From: Eubacteriales bacterium
GTDB taxonomy: Bacteria; Bacillota; Clostridia; Lachnospirales; Vallitaleaceae
Assembly: GCA_030535295.1 (NCBI GenBank)
Contig: JAUMXK010000001.1
Span: 1 to 62,733 of the forward strand
Direction of reading: 5' to 3'
Length of the DNA stretch: 62,733 bases
This document shows positions 41,843-51,218 of this stretch, one piece after another; position 1 is the stretch's first letter, and each line of letters begins with the position of its first letter. The translations under genes were made by a program, and so were the position numbers. The notes beneath the pieces are model-generated. The model was not told the origin of the DNA and ran no database searches. It worked only from the letters and a program-made list of their open reading frames with translations.

Positions 41843-42220
41843 ATGGATAATACAATGAAAAGATTACCGGATGCAGAATTTACAGTAATGAAAGCCATTT
41901 GGCATTCAGAGTCACCAGTAACAACCCATGTGATTAACGAACATCTTAGCTCGGACATCTCATGGAAACCGCAAACCTTGTTGACCATATTAGCCCGATT
42001 AACAGAAAAAGGCTTTTTAAGCAGTGAACGCAAAGGACGAGAGCGTTGCTACACCCCATTGATTAGCGAAGAAGAATACCTCCAAATCGAAACAGGAAAC
42101 TTTCTAAGCAGATACTCCGGCAACTCAATCGGAGATTTAGTAAAAGCGCTCTGTGCGGATAATGATTTATCAGACAAAGAAATTGAAGAATTACGTGCTC
42201 TGCTTTCTCAGAAAGGATGA
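41843..42220 (+). CDS. BlaI/MecI/CopY family repressor
   Basis: LPDAEFTVMKAIW, WKPQTLLTILARLTEKGFL, YTPLISEEEY. Confidence 0.93.
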   Translation: MDNTMKRLPDAEFTVMKAIWHSESPVTTHVINEHLSSDISWKPQTLLTILARLTEKGFLSSERKGRERCYTPLISEEEYLQIETGNFLSRYSGNSIGDLVKALCADNDLSDKEIEELRALLSQKG

Positions 42221-44799
42221 ATGAAATGAATTTTCTTTTTCTTATTATATCCACTAGTATATTGATGTCCTTAATCATATTATTAGCGTTGGCTCTCTTC
42301 TCTTTCTTCCCGGAACAATTTTCCGGAAAGACCAGATACTTTATTTGGATTATCATCCTTATCGGATTGATTATACCGGTGCGACCGATTATCGGCAATG
42401 GCCTCATTACCATTGAGTTGCCTTGGCAAACGGAATCCCTTGAAGTGCTGGAAGCGCAATTGGCCAAAGAGGCTGCCGCAAGCAATATCACTACGGAAAA
42501 TCCAAGTAATATTAGCAATGAGTCAACTGTATACTCCAATGCAAATGTTACCGGTTCTGAGAGTTTGGCACCTTCTTCGAATACCGAGGCAACAGATACT
42601 CCAAAAGAAAGTGTTTTTGACCTGATGAAAAAGAATCTTACACCAATTGCCCTTATTCTAGGCATATGGCTACTTGGTGCATTCTTCTCTTTTTCCAGAC
42701 ATATCTATCATTATTATCAATTTAAGAAGATGGTGCGTCGTTGGTCAAAACCGGTCGAAGATCTTGCAACCTTGGAATTGTTTGACATAGTAAAAGAAGA
42801 CATGGGCTTACACAAGAAAAACATTCAATTGATGGTATGCCCGTCTATCACTACACCAATGCTGACCGGCTTTTTTAAGCCAACCATTCTTCTTCCGAAT
42901 AAAGAGATTCATGAAGATGAAATGGAATTAATCCTTGAGCATGAGTTGACACACTATAAGCACAAAGATTTATACATCAACTTGCTGGGTACTCTGGCTG
43001 TAAGTTTGCACTGGTTCAATCCAATTGTCTATTTATGCTACCCTTCCATTCAAGGGGATGGCGAAGTTTGTTGTGATGAGGCTGTTCTGAAAAATCATGA
43101 TTCAGATTACAGACAGTTTTACGGCGAAGTTATTATCAGTATGATTGAAAGAAACAGTAAAAATCAAGTTGCGTTTACCACTTGCTTTTACGCCAAAAAA
43201 TTAAGTATAAAAAGGAGGCTCATGGCCATTATGAAAACGAATAAAAACAAAAAATTATCTTTTATCGCAATCGCATTAGTTTTAACCCTTACGATTATCT
43301 CCGGCTCCGTGATTGCATTTGCAGCACCTGCCAGAAAGAAATATATCGGTACCAATAAAGCAAAAGCCATTGCTCTTAGAGATGCAGGCTTAAAGAGTAA
43401 AGATGTAAAATTTGTAAACGTAAGACTGGAAACAGAAAACGGAATCAAAGTGTATGATGTGGAGTTCTACAAAGGTCAAACCGAGTATGATTATGATATT
43501 GATGCTTTGACCGGTAAAGTCGTCAGCAAAGACTTGGATATCGAAAACTTCGAAATCCCAGGTGGAAACAATCAAAATACCGCTCCAAACAATTCCCAAT
43601 TAATCGGATTAGAAAAGGCAAAATCGATTGCTTTGACCGATGCCGGCTTAAAGGCCAACCAAGTTACTTTCAGAAAAGCAAAATTGGATAAAGACGACGG
43701 AAGACAAGTTTATGATATTGAGTTCACTACAAGTAGTGCAAAATACGATTATGAAGTCGATGCTCTTACCGGCAAAATCAGAGATAAAGAAGTAAAAGCT
43801 GTAAAAAACAACAATAACAATAATAACAACAGCAATAGCAACCAAGTCATCGGTCTGGAAAAAGCTAAAAATATCGCTTTGGCAGATGCACGTTTAAAGG
43901 CCGGCCAAGTTACTTTTGTCAAGGCTAAATTGGAAAAAGAAGATGGCAGACAAGTTTATGATGTAGAGTTCTACTTTGGCCAAACTGAGTATGATTATGA
44001 AATCGACGCTCTTACCGGCAAAATCTTGGAAAAAGACTTGGACATTGATAACTTCAACATTCCAAACCAAAACAACAATAACAACACCCAAGTCATCGGT
44101 GTGGAAAAAGCAAAAAATATCGCTTTGGCAGATGCCGGTTTGAAGGCAAACCAAGTTACTTTCGTCAAGGCTAAATTGGACAATGATGATGGCAAACAAG
44201 TTTATGATGTAGAGTTCTACTTCGGTCAAACCGAGTACGATTATGAAATCGACGCTCTTACCGGCAAAATCTTGGAAAAAGACTTGGACATTGATAACTT
44301 CAACATTCCAAACCAAAACAACAATAACAACACCCAAGTCATCGGTGTGGAAAAAGCAAAAAATATCGCTTTGGCAGATGCCGGTTTGAAGGCAAACCAA
44401 GTTACTTTCGTCAAGGCTAAATTGGACAATGATGATGGCAAACAAGTTTATGATGTAGAGTTCTACTTCGGTCAAACCGAGTACGATTATGAAATCGATG
44501 CTCTTACCGGCAAAATCTTGGAAAAAGACTTGGATATTGATAACTTCAACATTCCAAATCAAAACAACAATAACAACGCTTCTCAAGCTATCAGCTTAGA
44601 GCAAGCAAAAGGTATTGCTTTAAACCATGCAGGATTGTCTGCAAATCAAGTACAATTCAAAAAAGCAAGATTGACCAAAGATGATGGCAGAGATGTTTTT
44701 GAAATTGAGTTTAGAGCAAACCATGTAGAATACGACTACGAAATCGACGCTCTCAGCGGTAAAATCTTAGATTTCGACCAAGAGCGCGAAGACGATTAA
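42217..44799 (+). CDS. BlaR1-type M56 peptidase sensor-transducer with six PepSY domains
   Basis: N-terminal TMs, HELTHYKHKD (HExxH), HWFNP, EVCCD, IKRRL; then six IGxEKAKxIAL..AG...YDVEF....EYDYEIDALTGKI units. Confidence 0.92.
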   Translation: MNEMNFLFLIISTSILMSLIILLALALFSFFPEQFSGKTRYFIWIIILIGLIIPVRPIIGNGLITIELPWQTESLEVLEAQLAKEAAASNITTENPSNISNESTVYSNANVTGSESLAPSSNTEATDTPKESVFDLMKKNLTPIALILGIWLLGAFFSFSRHIYHYYQFKKMVRRWSKPVEDLATLELFDIVKEDMGLHKKNIQLMVCPSITTPMLTGFFKPTILLPNKEIHEDEMELILEHELTHYKHKDLYINLLGTLAVSLHWFNPIVYLCYPSIQGDGEVCCDEAVLKNHDSDYRQFYGEVIISMIERNSKNQVAFTTCFYAKKLSIKRRLMAIMKTNKNKKLSFIAIALVLTLTIISGSVIAFAAPARKKYIGTNKAKAIALRDAGLKSKDVKFVNVRLETENGIKVYDVEFYKGQTEYDYDIDALTGKVVSKDLDIENFEIPGGNNQNTAPNNSQLIGLEKAKSIALTDAGLKANQVTFRKAKLDKDDGRQVYDIEFTTSSAKYDYEVDALTGKIRDKEVKAVKNNNNNNNNSNSNQVIGLEKAKNIALADARLKAGQVTFVKAKLEKEDGRQVYDVEFYFGQTEYDYEIDALTGKILEKDLDIDNFNIPNQNNNNNTQVIGVEKAKNIALADAGLKANQVTFVKAKLDNDDGKQVYDVEFYFGQTEYDYEIDALTGKILEKDLDIDNFNIPNQNNNNNTQVIGVEKAKNIALADAGLKANQVTFVKAKLDNDDGKQVYDVEFYFGQTEYDYEIDALTGKILEKDLDIDNFNIPNQNNNNNASQAISLEQAKGIALNHAGLSANQVQFKKARLTKDDGRDVFEIEFRANHVEYDYEIDALSGKILDFDQEREDD
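43993..44498 (+). repeat. Perfect 246-bp tandem duplication (82-aa PepSY unit) within a larger degenerate array
   Basis: 43993-44252 is identical by eye to 44239-44498; flanking units are diverged. Confidence 0.9.
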
Positions 44800-44817
44800 T
44801 TAGATTCTCTTCCCCTC

Positions 44818-44851
44818 GAAAACAGCCTATTAGAATCAATAGGCTGTTTTC
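44818..44851. terminator. Terminator after the M56-PepSY gene
   Basis: GAAAACAGCCTATT...AATAGGCTGTTTTC. Confidence 0.75.
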
Positions 44852-44957
44852 TTTTATGTATTTTCCTTACCTACAAAAGATGTTTATGAATGCGCTTTGT
44901 CTTGTTTCATAAGTTCTTCCTGTTTCACTCTACCTTATCAGACTGCTTTCTTTTGTT

Positions 44958-47285
44958 CTACACTCTGCTTTCATGGCAGGTAAAGTAAAGAATCTGATAC
45001 TCCTCTGCCAAACTTTTTAGAAGTGCCAGTCCTCTTCTTAGGTTCTTTTCATCCCAATTGGAAAAAGAATCATCTATTATCAAAAAGGGTTTTTGCTTAG
45101 GATACATCACTTCCAACATGGCAAGACGCATGCAAAAACTAATTAATTCCTGATTACCTGCACTGAAATAAGCGATTTCTCTTGGCAATCCATATTCTTC
45201 TCTAGTCAGATGAAGATTGGCATCCAATACAAATACTTTTTCTCCTTGCCATTCCGGGGAAACCGGTTGAACTTTGCGGTAATATTTCTCAAAAGCAAGA
45301 AATAATGGATTTTGATACTTTTGTGAATAGGAAATTTTTGCCTGCTCCAAAAATCCACGAGTTTGTAGCAAAAGCCTATATTTCCTTTCTTCCTCCTCCA
45401 AAAACTCCTGCTCAGCTGCCAACTGTTCTTCCAATCCAAAAAATTCTTCCTGTTTTTCTTGCAATTGTTGTAATTCCGGCAAAATGACAAGCATTTCTTT
45501 TTTTATCTTTTCTACTTCGTCTTGTAACTCTACCACTTTTTCTTCCAGTTCTTCCAAGCTTTGAATCTCCACGTTTTCATTTTTCTCTTCCGTCAAATGT
45601 CGTTTTGTGATTTCTTGCCGGATTTCCCTTTGCATGTCCTCTTTCCATTTTTTATCCAATTCGATAAACTTATGTTTCTTCTCTGCCAAAGCAGCATACA
45701 CAGTCAAGGCAGCTAAGTCCTCTTCCCATTGTTCTTCCTTCCTATCATAACCGAATTCTTGCAAAAAGGCAGAAATTCCTTTTATCATTTCCTGAATTTC
45801 CTCTCTCTGCTTATTCAGTTTTTCTAATTTCTGCTCCAAACTCTTCTTTTCTTTCCAATAGGCATCACATTGATACAGGATGTCCAATTCTTTGTTTGGC
45901 TGCCGTGGAATTTGATATTTCACAAAAAAACTGAGTAGAGCCTGCTCATTTTCCGCTATTACTTTGGATTCCTCCGCCATTTTTTTGTGTAAATCGGCAA
46001 TCTCCTGATTTATCGTATTCAAATTACTGTTTTTCTTTATTCGGTACATAAAAGCGAGCATAACTACACCGCCAAGAAACAAAAGCAATCCCCATCCGAT
46101 AGATTCCAAAAACGCAAGGGCACAAGCAAAAAAACACAGCACTGCAAAAGAACGATAGATACGATACTTTTTCCCTTTTCTGTTCTCTTCTTCAAATTGT
46201 AATTGAAGTTGACTATACATGACTCTGCTTTCCGAATGCTCTCTTAGCTTTGTCTCCATTTGCCGGCATCCTTCCATTTGCTCCTTTATTTCCTCTTCGG
46301 GAGATATTCCCTGCTCAAAAAACTTGTCCAAATATAGCAGTCTTTCCTTTTCTTCCGACGACATTTCCTGCAACTGCTCTCTTGCCTTATGAACCAGATT
46401 GGCCTCTTCTTTTGCCCATTCCAGCTCTTCTTTTGGCGGAATTCCTGTTCCAAATAGTGAATGGTATCTTTGGTATTCCGCTTCTTCAATGGCCGTCAGC
46501 TCCATACCTCGCAGCATTCCTTTGGCTTCTGCCGATTGAAAAGCAATCTTTTCCCGCAACTGCTGTAAGTCCCGATATTCTCTCTCCTTTTCTTCTTTCT
46601 CTTTTTCTTTCCGTTTTTTTTCTTGATGAAGTCCTTCCAACCGCTCTTCAACGGAGGTACGGCTTCTTAGATTTTCTTTCAAGTTCAAAATTTTTTGTTT
46701 TCTTTGATTCAAGACAGCATTTACAGAGCGTCCTCCCAGTTCCGCAATTTTTTTACTGAGCTTTTCCATCGCTTTATCATATTGTGCCATATCTCCGGTC
46801 AAATCCGAAAAATCTCCTAACTTGGCATGAATTCTATCCGTGGGCTCTATTTGTGTATAATTGTTTTGCTGAAAAAAAATCGTACGTCGAAAAGATTCTC
46901 TATCAATTTGAAAAATTTCTTCTCCCAGTCTTTCCGAGTAATCCGCACAGGGCAAATGCGTGGACAAATCTCGCAATTCAAAGACATCTTTTGCCTGATT
47001 CTCTCCAAAACTGCGATAGATTTGATAAGACTTGCCATCCAGTTCAAAACTGAGTCTTCCTCCATACGGACCGCCCTGCCAAGGCCGAAATCTTGCCCTC
47101 TCTCTTTGCAATGCATCTTGCTTTCGCTCTCCGCCAAAGCCGTAAAACATCACTGTGATAAAACTTGCCAGCGTGCTTTTTCCCCATCCGTTTTCCTCAC
47201 AAAAAAGATTCCATCCTTTGGAAAAATCAAAGTTTTGCTCTTTCCATTTTCCGAAATTTTCTATATAACAATTCAGCAACCTCAT
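44958..47285 (-). CDS. YhaN-like SMC/AAA_27 ATPase with central TM hairpin
   Basis: IENFGK, EENGWGKSTL, coiled coils, FSAGNQE, FLIIDDSF, QILYFTCH; start moved to MRLLNC. Confidence 0.87.
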   Translation of the reverse strand: MRLLNCYIENFGKWKEQNFDFSKGWNLFCEENGWGKSTLASFITVMFYGFGGERKQDALQRERARFRPWQGGPYGGRLSFELDGKSYQIYRSFGENQAKDVFELRDLSTHLPCADYSERLGEEIFQIDRESFRRTIFFQQNNYTQIEPTDRIHAKLGDFSDLTGDMAQYDKAMEKLSKKIAELGGRSVNAVLNQRKQKILNLKENLRSRTSVEERLEGLHQEKKRKEKEKEEKEREYRDLQQLREKIAFQSAEAKGMLRGMELTAIEEAEYQRYHSLFGTGIPPKEELEWAKEEANLVHKAREQLQEMSSEEKERLLYLDKFFEQGISPEEEIKEQMEGCRQMETKLREHSESRVMYSQLQLQFEEENRKGKKYRIYRSFAVLCFFACALAFLESIGWGLLLFLGGVVMLAFMYRIKKNSNLNTINQEIADLHKKMAEESKVIAENEQALLSFFVKYQIPRQPNKELDILYQCDAYWKEKKSLEQKLEKLNKQREEIQEMIKGISAFLQEFGYDRKEEQWEEDLAALTVYAALAEKKHKFIELDKKWKEDMQREIRQEITKRHLTEEKNENVEIQSLEELEEKVVELQDEVEKIKKEMLVILPELQQLQEKQEEFFGLEEQLAAEQEFLEEEERKYRLLLQTRGFLEQAKISYSQKYQNPLFLAFEKYYRKVQPVSPEWQGEKVFVLDANLHLTREEYGLPREIAYFSAGNQELISFCMRLAMLEVMYPKQKPFLIIDDSFSNWDEKNLRRGLALLKSLAEEYQILYFTCHESRV

Positions 47286-48376
47286 TCTATTTCTTCTCCT
47301 GCTAATGCCAGTAAGCCATACCGTATCATTTCGACTTTTTCTTCTTCTGAGATATCTCCCTGATTCTGAATCCGGCGAATCAATTCTCCTCGCAATGACG
47401 CTTCCGGTTGATACTGCCGGAAGTCCACTTTCCATGTGCTTTGGTCATATATTTTCATAAAATAAAACATCGGACAAAATCTTTCTGTCAGCATGGCCAG
47501 GTCTTTTTCGGCCTCTACTTCCACTTCTCCGGTTAACAGCAATTTCAGCATATCTTGTTTGGAAATTGCCGCTTCTTTCAAATCATTTTCTATCCTTTGT
47601 GCCATTTCTTCCGTGCTTACACAACCACTGATGTCCACACGAATTTGCCGACAACTCCTCTTCCCGAAAGGAATTAATTGCTGCGTGAAGGAATGACCGC
47701 TCTCATCCGTTTCCAAAAGGACAAAGCCATGCTCTCCTACTTCGTCCAGTCCCCTTGCTTCCAGACAACCGCTATAGCAGTAAATTCCTCTTTCATCCAA
47801 TTTATCACAGCGATAACTATGAATATGCCCCAGTGCCAGATAGTCAATATTTTTATATTGCAATGCCACGATATTTATATTTTCCGGATGATTACTCATA
47901 CTACGACTTACCTGTCCATGGAGCATGACAATATTAAAGTTTTTCTCATTTAGAACCAGTCCATCATAAATTTGTCCTGCATTTTCTTCTGAAAGCTCCA
48001 CTCCACTGATAACAACAGAGCTTCCGGTCAGTTCATAACTTTGCCAGGTTTTGCCAAATAATTTCAAATTGATTGGTAGTTCTTGTTCCCGTTTGGTAAA
48101 ATCTCCGTCATGGTTTCCTTTTAAATAATAAAACTCAATTTCCGGATGTGCTTTGATACTTTCTAAAACCGTATTTCCGGCAAGAGCGGAAACCGCTTTG
48201 CTGTCAAATAAATCTCCTGCAATCATGATTGCCCTTACATCATGAAACTTTGCATATTCCAGCATCTGCCGAAAAGTTTGCAATAGTTCTCGTCTTCTTT
48301 GTTTTGCCATCTCCGGCGAAAGATGCGTATGTAATGCCGAATCCAAATGTAAATCGGCACAATGTATTATTTTCAT
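47282..48376 (-). CDS. YhaO/SbcD/Mre11-like metallophosphoesterase nuclease
   Basis: HCADLHLD, AGDLFD, GNHD, LHG, LGHIH, YSGCLEARG. Confidence 0.9.
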   Translation of the reverse strand: MKIIHCADLHLDSALHTHLSPEMAKQRRRELLQTFRQMLEYAKFHDVRAIMIAGDLFDSKAVSALAGNTVLESIKAHPEIEFYYLKGNHDGDFTKREQELPINLKLFGKTWQSYELTGSSVVISGVELSEENAGQIYDGLVLNEKNFNIVMLHGQVSRSMSNHPENINIVALQYKNIDYLALGHIHSYRCDKLDERGIYCYSGCLEARGLDEVGEHGFVLLETDESGHSFTQQLIPFGKRSCRQIRVDISGCVSTEEMAQRIENDLKEAAISKQDMLKLLLTGEVEVEAEKDLAMLTERFCPMFYFMKIYDQSTWKVDFRQYQPEASLRGELIRRIQNQGDISEEEKVEMIRYGLLALAGEEIE

Positions 48377-48469
48377 CCTATTTCCCTTCCATAAAACTCT
48401 TCCACAGGCCATTTTATCTATTCAAAATATTTCATGATAAAGTTTAGCACAAAAAACCTTTCAACACAA

Positions 48470-48481
48470 GAACAAACGTTC
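48470..48481. promoter_or_regulatory. LexA (SOS) box upstream of the yhaO-yhaN-like pair
   Basis: GAAC-AAAC-GTTC matches the Firmicutes GAAC-N4-GTTC consensus. Confidence 0.75.
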
Positions 48482-48572
48482 TATTCCCGTCGATATTTGT
48501 CAACAAAGTTTTTTAAATAGTTCTCCAATAAAAAAAAGATAACCACCATTTTTTCATGTATTTTTGTCTATA

Positions 48573-49325
48573 TTATTTTTCGTCAAATATTTTTAATTTC
48601 TCTATTATTTCACTTGGTTCCGGTAACATATTTTTCATATCTTCCGGTAAAGTATTTCTTAACTGATATGTTGCAACTCCAATCGGTGCATTTGTTCGTC
48701 TTAAAGCATATTCTACAAATGTTTTGTCTTTACTCTTACATATTATTATTCCGATTGATGAGTTTTCCTCCGGTAATTTTACTTTTTCATCCAACACTTC
48801 TAAATACAGCTGCATTTTCCCTGCATATTCTGCTTCAAATTCTCCTATTTTTAATTCAATTGCTACTAAACTCCTTAATCTCCTATGAAATAACAATAAA
48901 TCAATATATAAATCTTTTGAGCCTGCTTTTATATGGTATTGATTTCCAACAAAGGTAAAATCTCCACCCATTTCAATCAAAAAAGCTCTTACATTATTTA
49001 CAAGTTGTACTTCAAGCTCATGTTCCGTATATTCAGGAGATAGTTCTGCAAAGTCAAATGTATATTCATCTTTAATTGCCAATTTTGCTTGATTTCTTCT
49101 TTCTTGCGGAAGTGTCAAATCAAAGTTATTCTGATTTAGCAAATACTTTTCATATGTTTTAGCTTCAATAAAGTTGGTTAATATTCGTTTAGTCCATCCA
49201 TATCTTTTAGTCATCCGGATATAAAATTCTCTTTCTAAGCCATCTTTGCATTTTTCCATAATGACAATATTATTAGTCCAACTAATTTCTCGCACCAGTG
49301 ATGCGAGTTTTAATCTTTTTATCAT
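48573..49325 (-). pseudogene. YhcG/DUF1016 PD-(D/E)XK nuclease, N-terminally truncated
   Basis: ISWTNN..REFYI, KDEYTFDF, DLLLFHRRLRSLVAIELK, GKMQLYL; starts partway through the DUF1016 N-terminal domain. Confidence 0.7.
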
Positions 49326-49379
49326 AATCAGCTTACATCAAATAAGCTCATTCTATCATTACAAATTTAGTTTAAAAGA

Positions 49380-49587
49380 ATTCATTGCTAAAAAAGAGTT
49401 GATTTATCGCAGGGGACCAATGGAAGAAATCCTGCTGCCTTACTACCGTTTTTATGTGCTGTTACCGGAAGAAACTCCTCCATACGCTGCAGAAAAAGGC
49501 CTGAAAACATACGGTGCATACTATGTTCCTGCCATTGTTGATGAATATATTGTCAATATGCCAACCTATGATGGTAGATTTAATTAA
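49380..49587 (+). pseudogene. C-terminal remnant of a conserved hypothetical protein
   Basis: Protein-like tail ELIYRRGPMEEILLPYYRFYVLLPE...YGAYYVPAIVDEYI abuts the broken yhcG 5' end; no credible start. Confidence 0.4.
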
Positions 49588-49641
49588 AGCTTTCTATTGA
49601 ATTTGCCTTGGATTTTTCTTATATCAATCATTTATGTATAA

Positions 49642-49748
49642 AAAAAGGACTGTTACATTTTAAGATTTTCATACAAGAGTTTGGATGAAATTCCAGTGAT
49701 TTCTCACTTCCTCTTGTATGAAATCTGTATTTTGCAACAGACCTTTTT
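49642..49748. repeat. MITE/REP-like nested inverted repeat
   Basis: Outer IR AAAAAGGACTGTTACA / TGCAACAGACCTTTTT (14/16); inner IR TTTCATACAAGAG / CTCTTGTATGAAA (13/13). Confidence 0.65.
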
Positions 49749-49825
49749 CATTTTCACACCTCTAAAGTAAATTGTATCACTAAAAACGACTTATAAGTAT
49801 AAAAAAACTGTCAGAAATCCGGCTC

Positions 49826-50310
49826 TTATTTCAAGGTTTCGACAAACCAGTCCTTTGTCGTTTGAATCAATCCTTCTATGGTTGATTTGTCATCGGTAAA
49901 GATATGGAAAGTATGGTCTGCTTTTTCCAGCAGCAATGCTTTGGATTTTTCATTGGTGGAGGCTTTTCTGACCGGAATATCATATTTGCCATTGGAAATC
50001 TTAACTTTCATTTCTTTGAATTCCTTTTTCTCTTCTTTCTTTTCTGCTACCGGATTAGCGACTTCCATTGTTGCTTTTTTTCTTCCGCTACCGGTATTTC
50101 CAAGGTCTTCCCTACTCTCAGCTTACGAACATCCTTGATACCGTTGATTTCCTTTAAAACTTTCCAGTCCACTTGATACGTTTTACCCAGTCGCCATAAA
50201 GTATCTCCCTTTTGAATGGTGTGTGTCAGGGCATTTACACCGACACTGCCAATGCCAAGAGTAAATGCTAGAGAAAATGCTGCAATTTTGCTTAAATTCT
50301 TTCGTTTCAT
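49826..50310 (-). pseudogene. Signal peptide-LysM-alpha/beta hydrolase remnant (frameshift plus internal deletion)
   Basis: Signal peptide and LysM (HTIQKGDTLWRLG...LRVGKTLEIP); frameshift in A7 at 50075-50081; tail LLEKADHTF...DWF resembles an alpha/beta-hydrolase C-terminus, with no GxSxG core. Confidence 0.7.
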
Positions 50311-50453
50311 ATTCCTGTCCTTTCTTTGATATCAGTACATAGTATCTGTGGTATCTTAAATATATTACTTAACTTCCCCACGTTCCTTGGAACAGTCTTT
50401 TTTAGGTAGGTCGCCCACCCGGGCAGAAAAACGAAGTTTTTCGACAGGATAGG

Positions 50454-50795
50454 TTAAATGGTGGGGAACGAAAGCAATCTTGCAAAGCAAGTTGAGTTAT
50501 TGACGGTAAACTTGATGATATTTCTGCTTAGACTGCATAGCTTCATAGCACCACGAACTCCGGGATGTAGCTCGGTATGAATAATTCCCGCTTCTTCCAA
50601 AACTTTGACATTCAAAGCCGCCGAAGAGGCAGGAATGGATAATTTTTCTGAAATTTCATTTATATTTAAACTTGCACCGTTTAAGAGTTTGATGATTTCA
50701 ATTCTGGTTTCTGAGGCCAACGCCTTTGCCACCTTACACATTTTTTCCGGCTGATCCAAACCCAGTTCTACTGCCTTAAACATCGTATCCTCCAT
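50454..50795 (-). pseudogene. ArsR-family HTH regulator, probably C-terminally truncated
   Basis: KALASETRIEII...NINEISEKLSIPASSAALNVKVLEEAGII...PGVRGAMKLCS; the last residues read into a palindromic element. Confidence 0.65.
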
Positions 50796-50933
50796 TTGCT
50801 CCGTAAATATTGTTGTTTTTCATATTATAGTATAGTTTTTTATAAATTTCCATAGAACGAAACAGAGAAAAAAATGAATCATTTCTGGTAATTTATTCCT
50901 TTCCAGCTATTGTATGCCTTATTCCGGCTGCCG

Positions 50934-51218
50934 TTATTTTATCTTTATCACCAATATTTGGCTGTTTTCCAAAGCCATCATCTTATGTTTTGCGAAAGGC
51001 TCTATCACCACCAGCTCTCTTGCTTTTAAGACTCTGGTTTCCGTTTCCAGATGAAGCTCGACTTCTCCTTCGATGACAAATAAATTGACTTCATTTGTCC
51101 AAACATAATCCGGAACGGTATTCCCCTTTTGCAGGGATAAATGCACAATTTCTTGCTTTTCTGCGGTGTAGACAATGCCTCCGAATAGCATCTTAGGGTC
51201 AATATAAAAGTGTTTCAT
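50934..51218 (-). CDS. Cupin domain protein
   Basis: LFVIEGEV...VVIEPFAKHKMMALENSQILVIK; start behind GAAAGGA. Confidence 0.75.
   Translation of the reverse strand: MKHFYIDPKMLFGGIVYTAEKQEIVHLSLQKGNTVPDYVWTNEVNLFVIEGEVELHLETETRVLKARELVVIEPFAKHKMMALENSQILVIKIK

Noticed and set aside
43894-44586. 230-aa antisense ORF
   Set aside because: It mirrors the PepSY repeats and arises from codon bias.
43350-44790. Repeat array as a CRISPR array or DGR template/variable repeat
   Set aside because: The units are in-frame 82-aa protein repeats with no spacers, no adenine-specific mismatches, and no cas or reverse transcriptase gene in the window.
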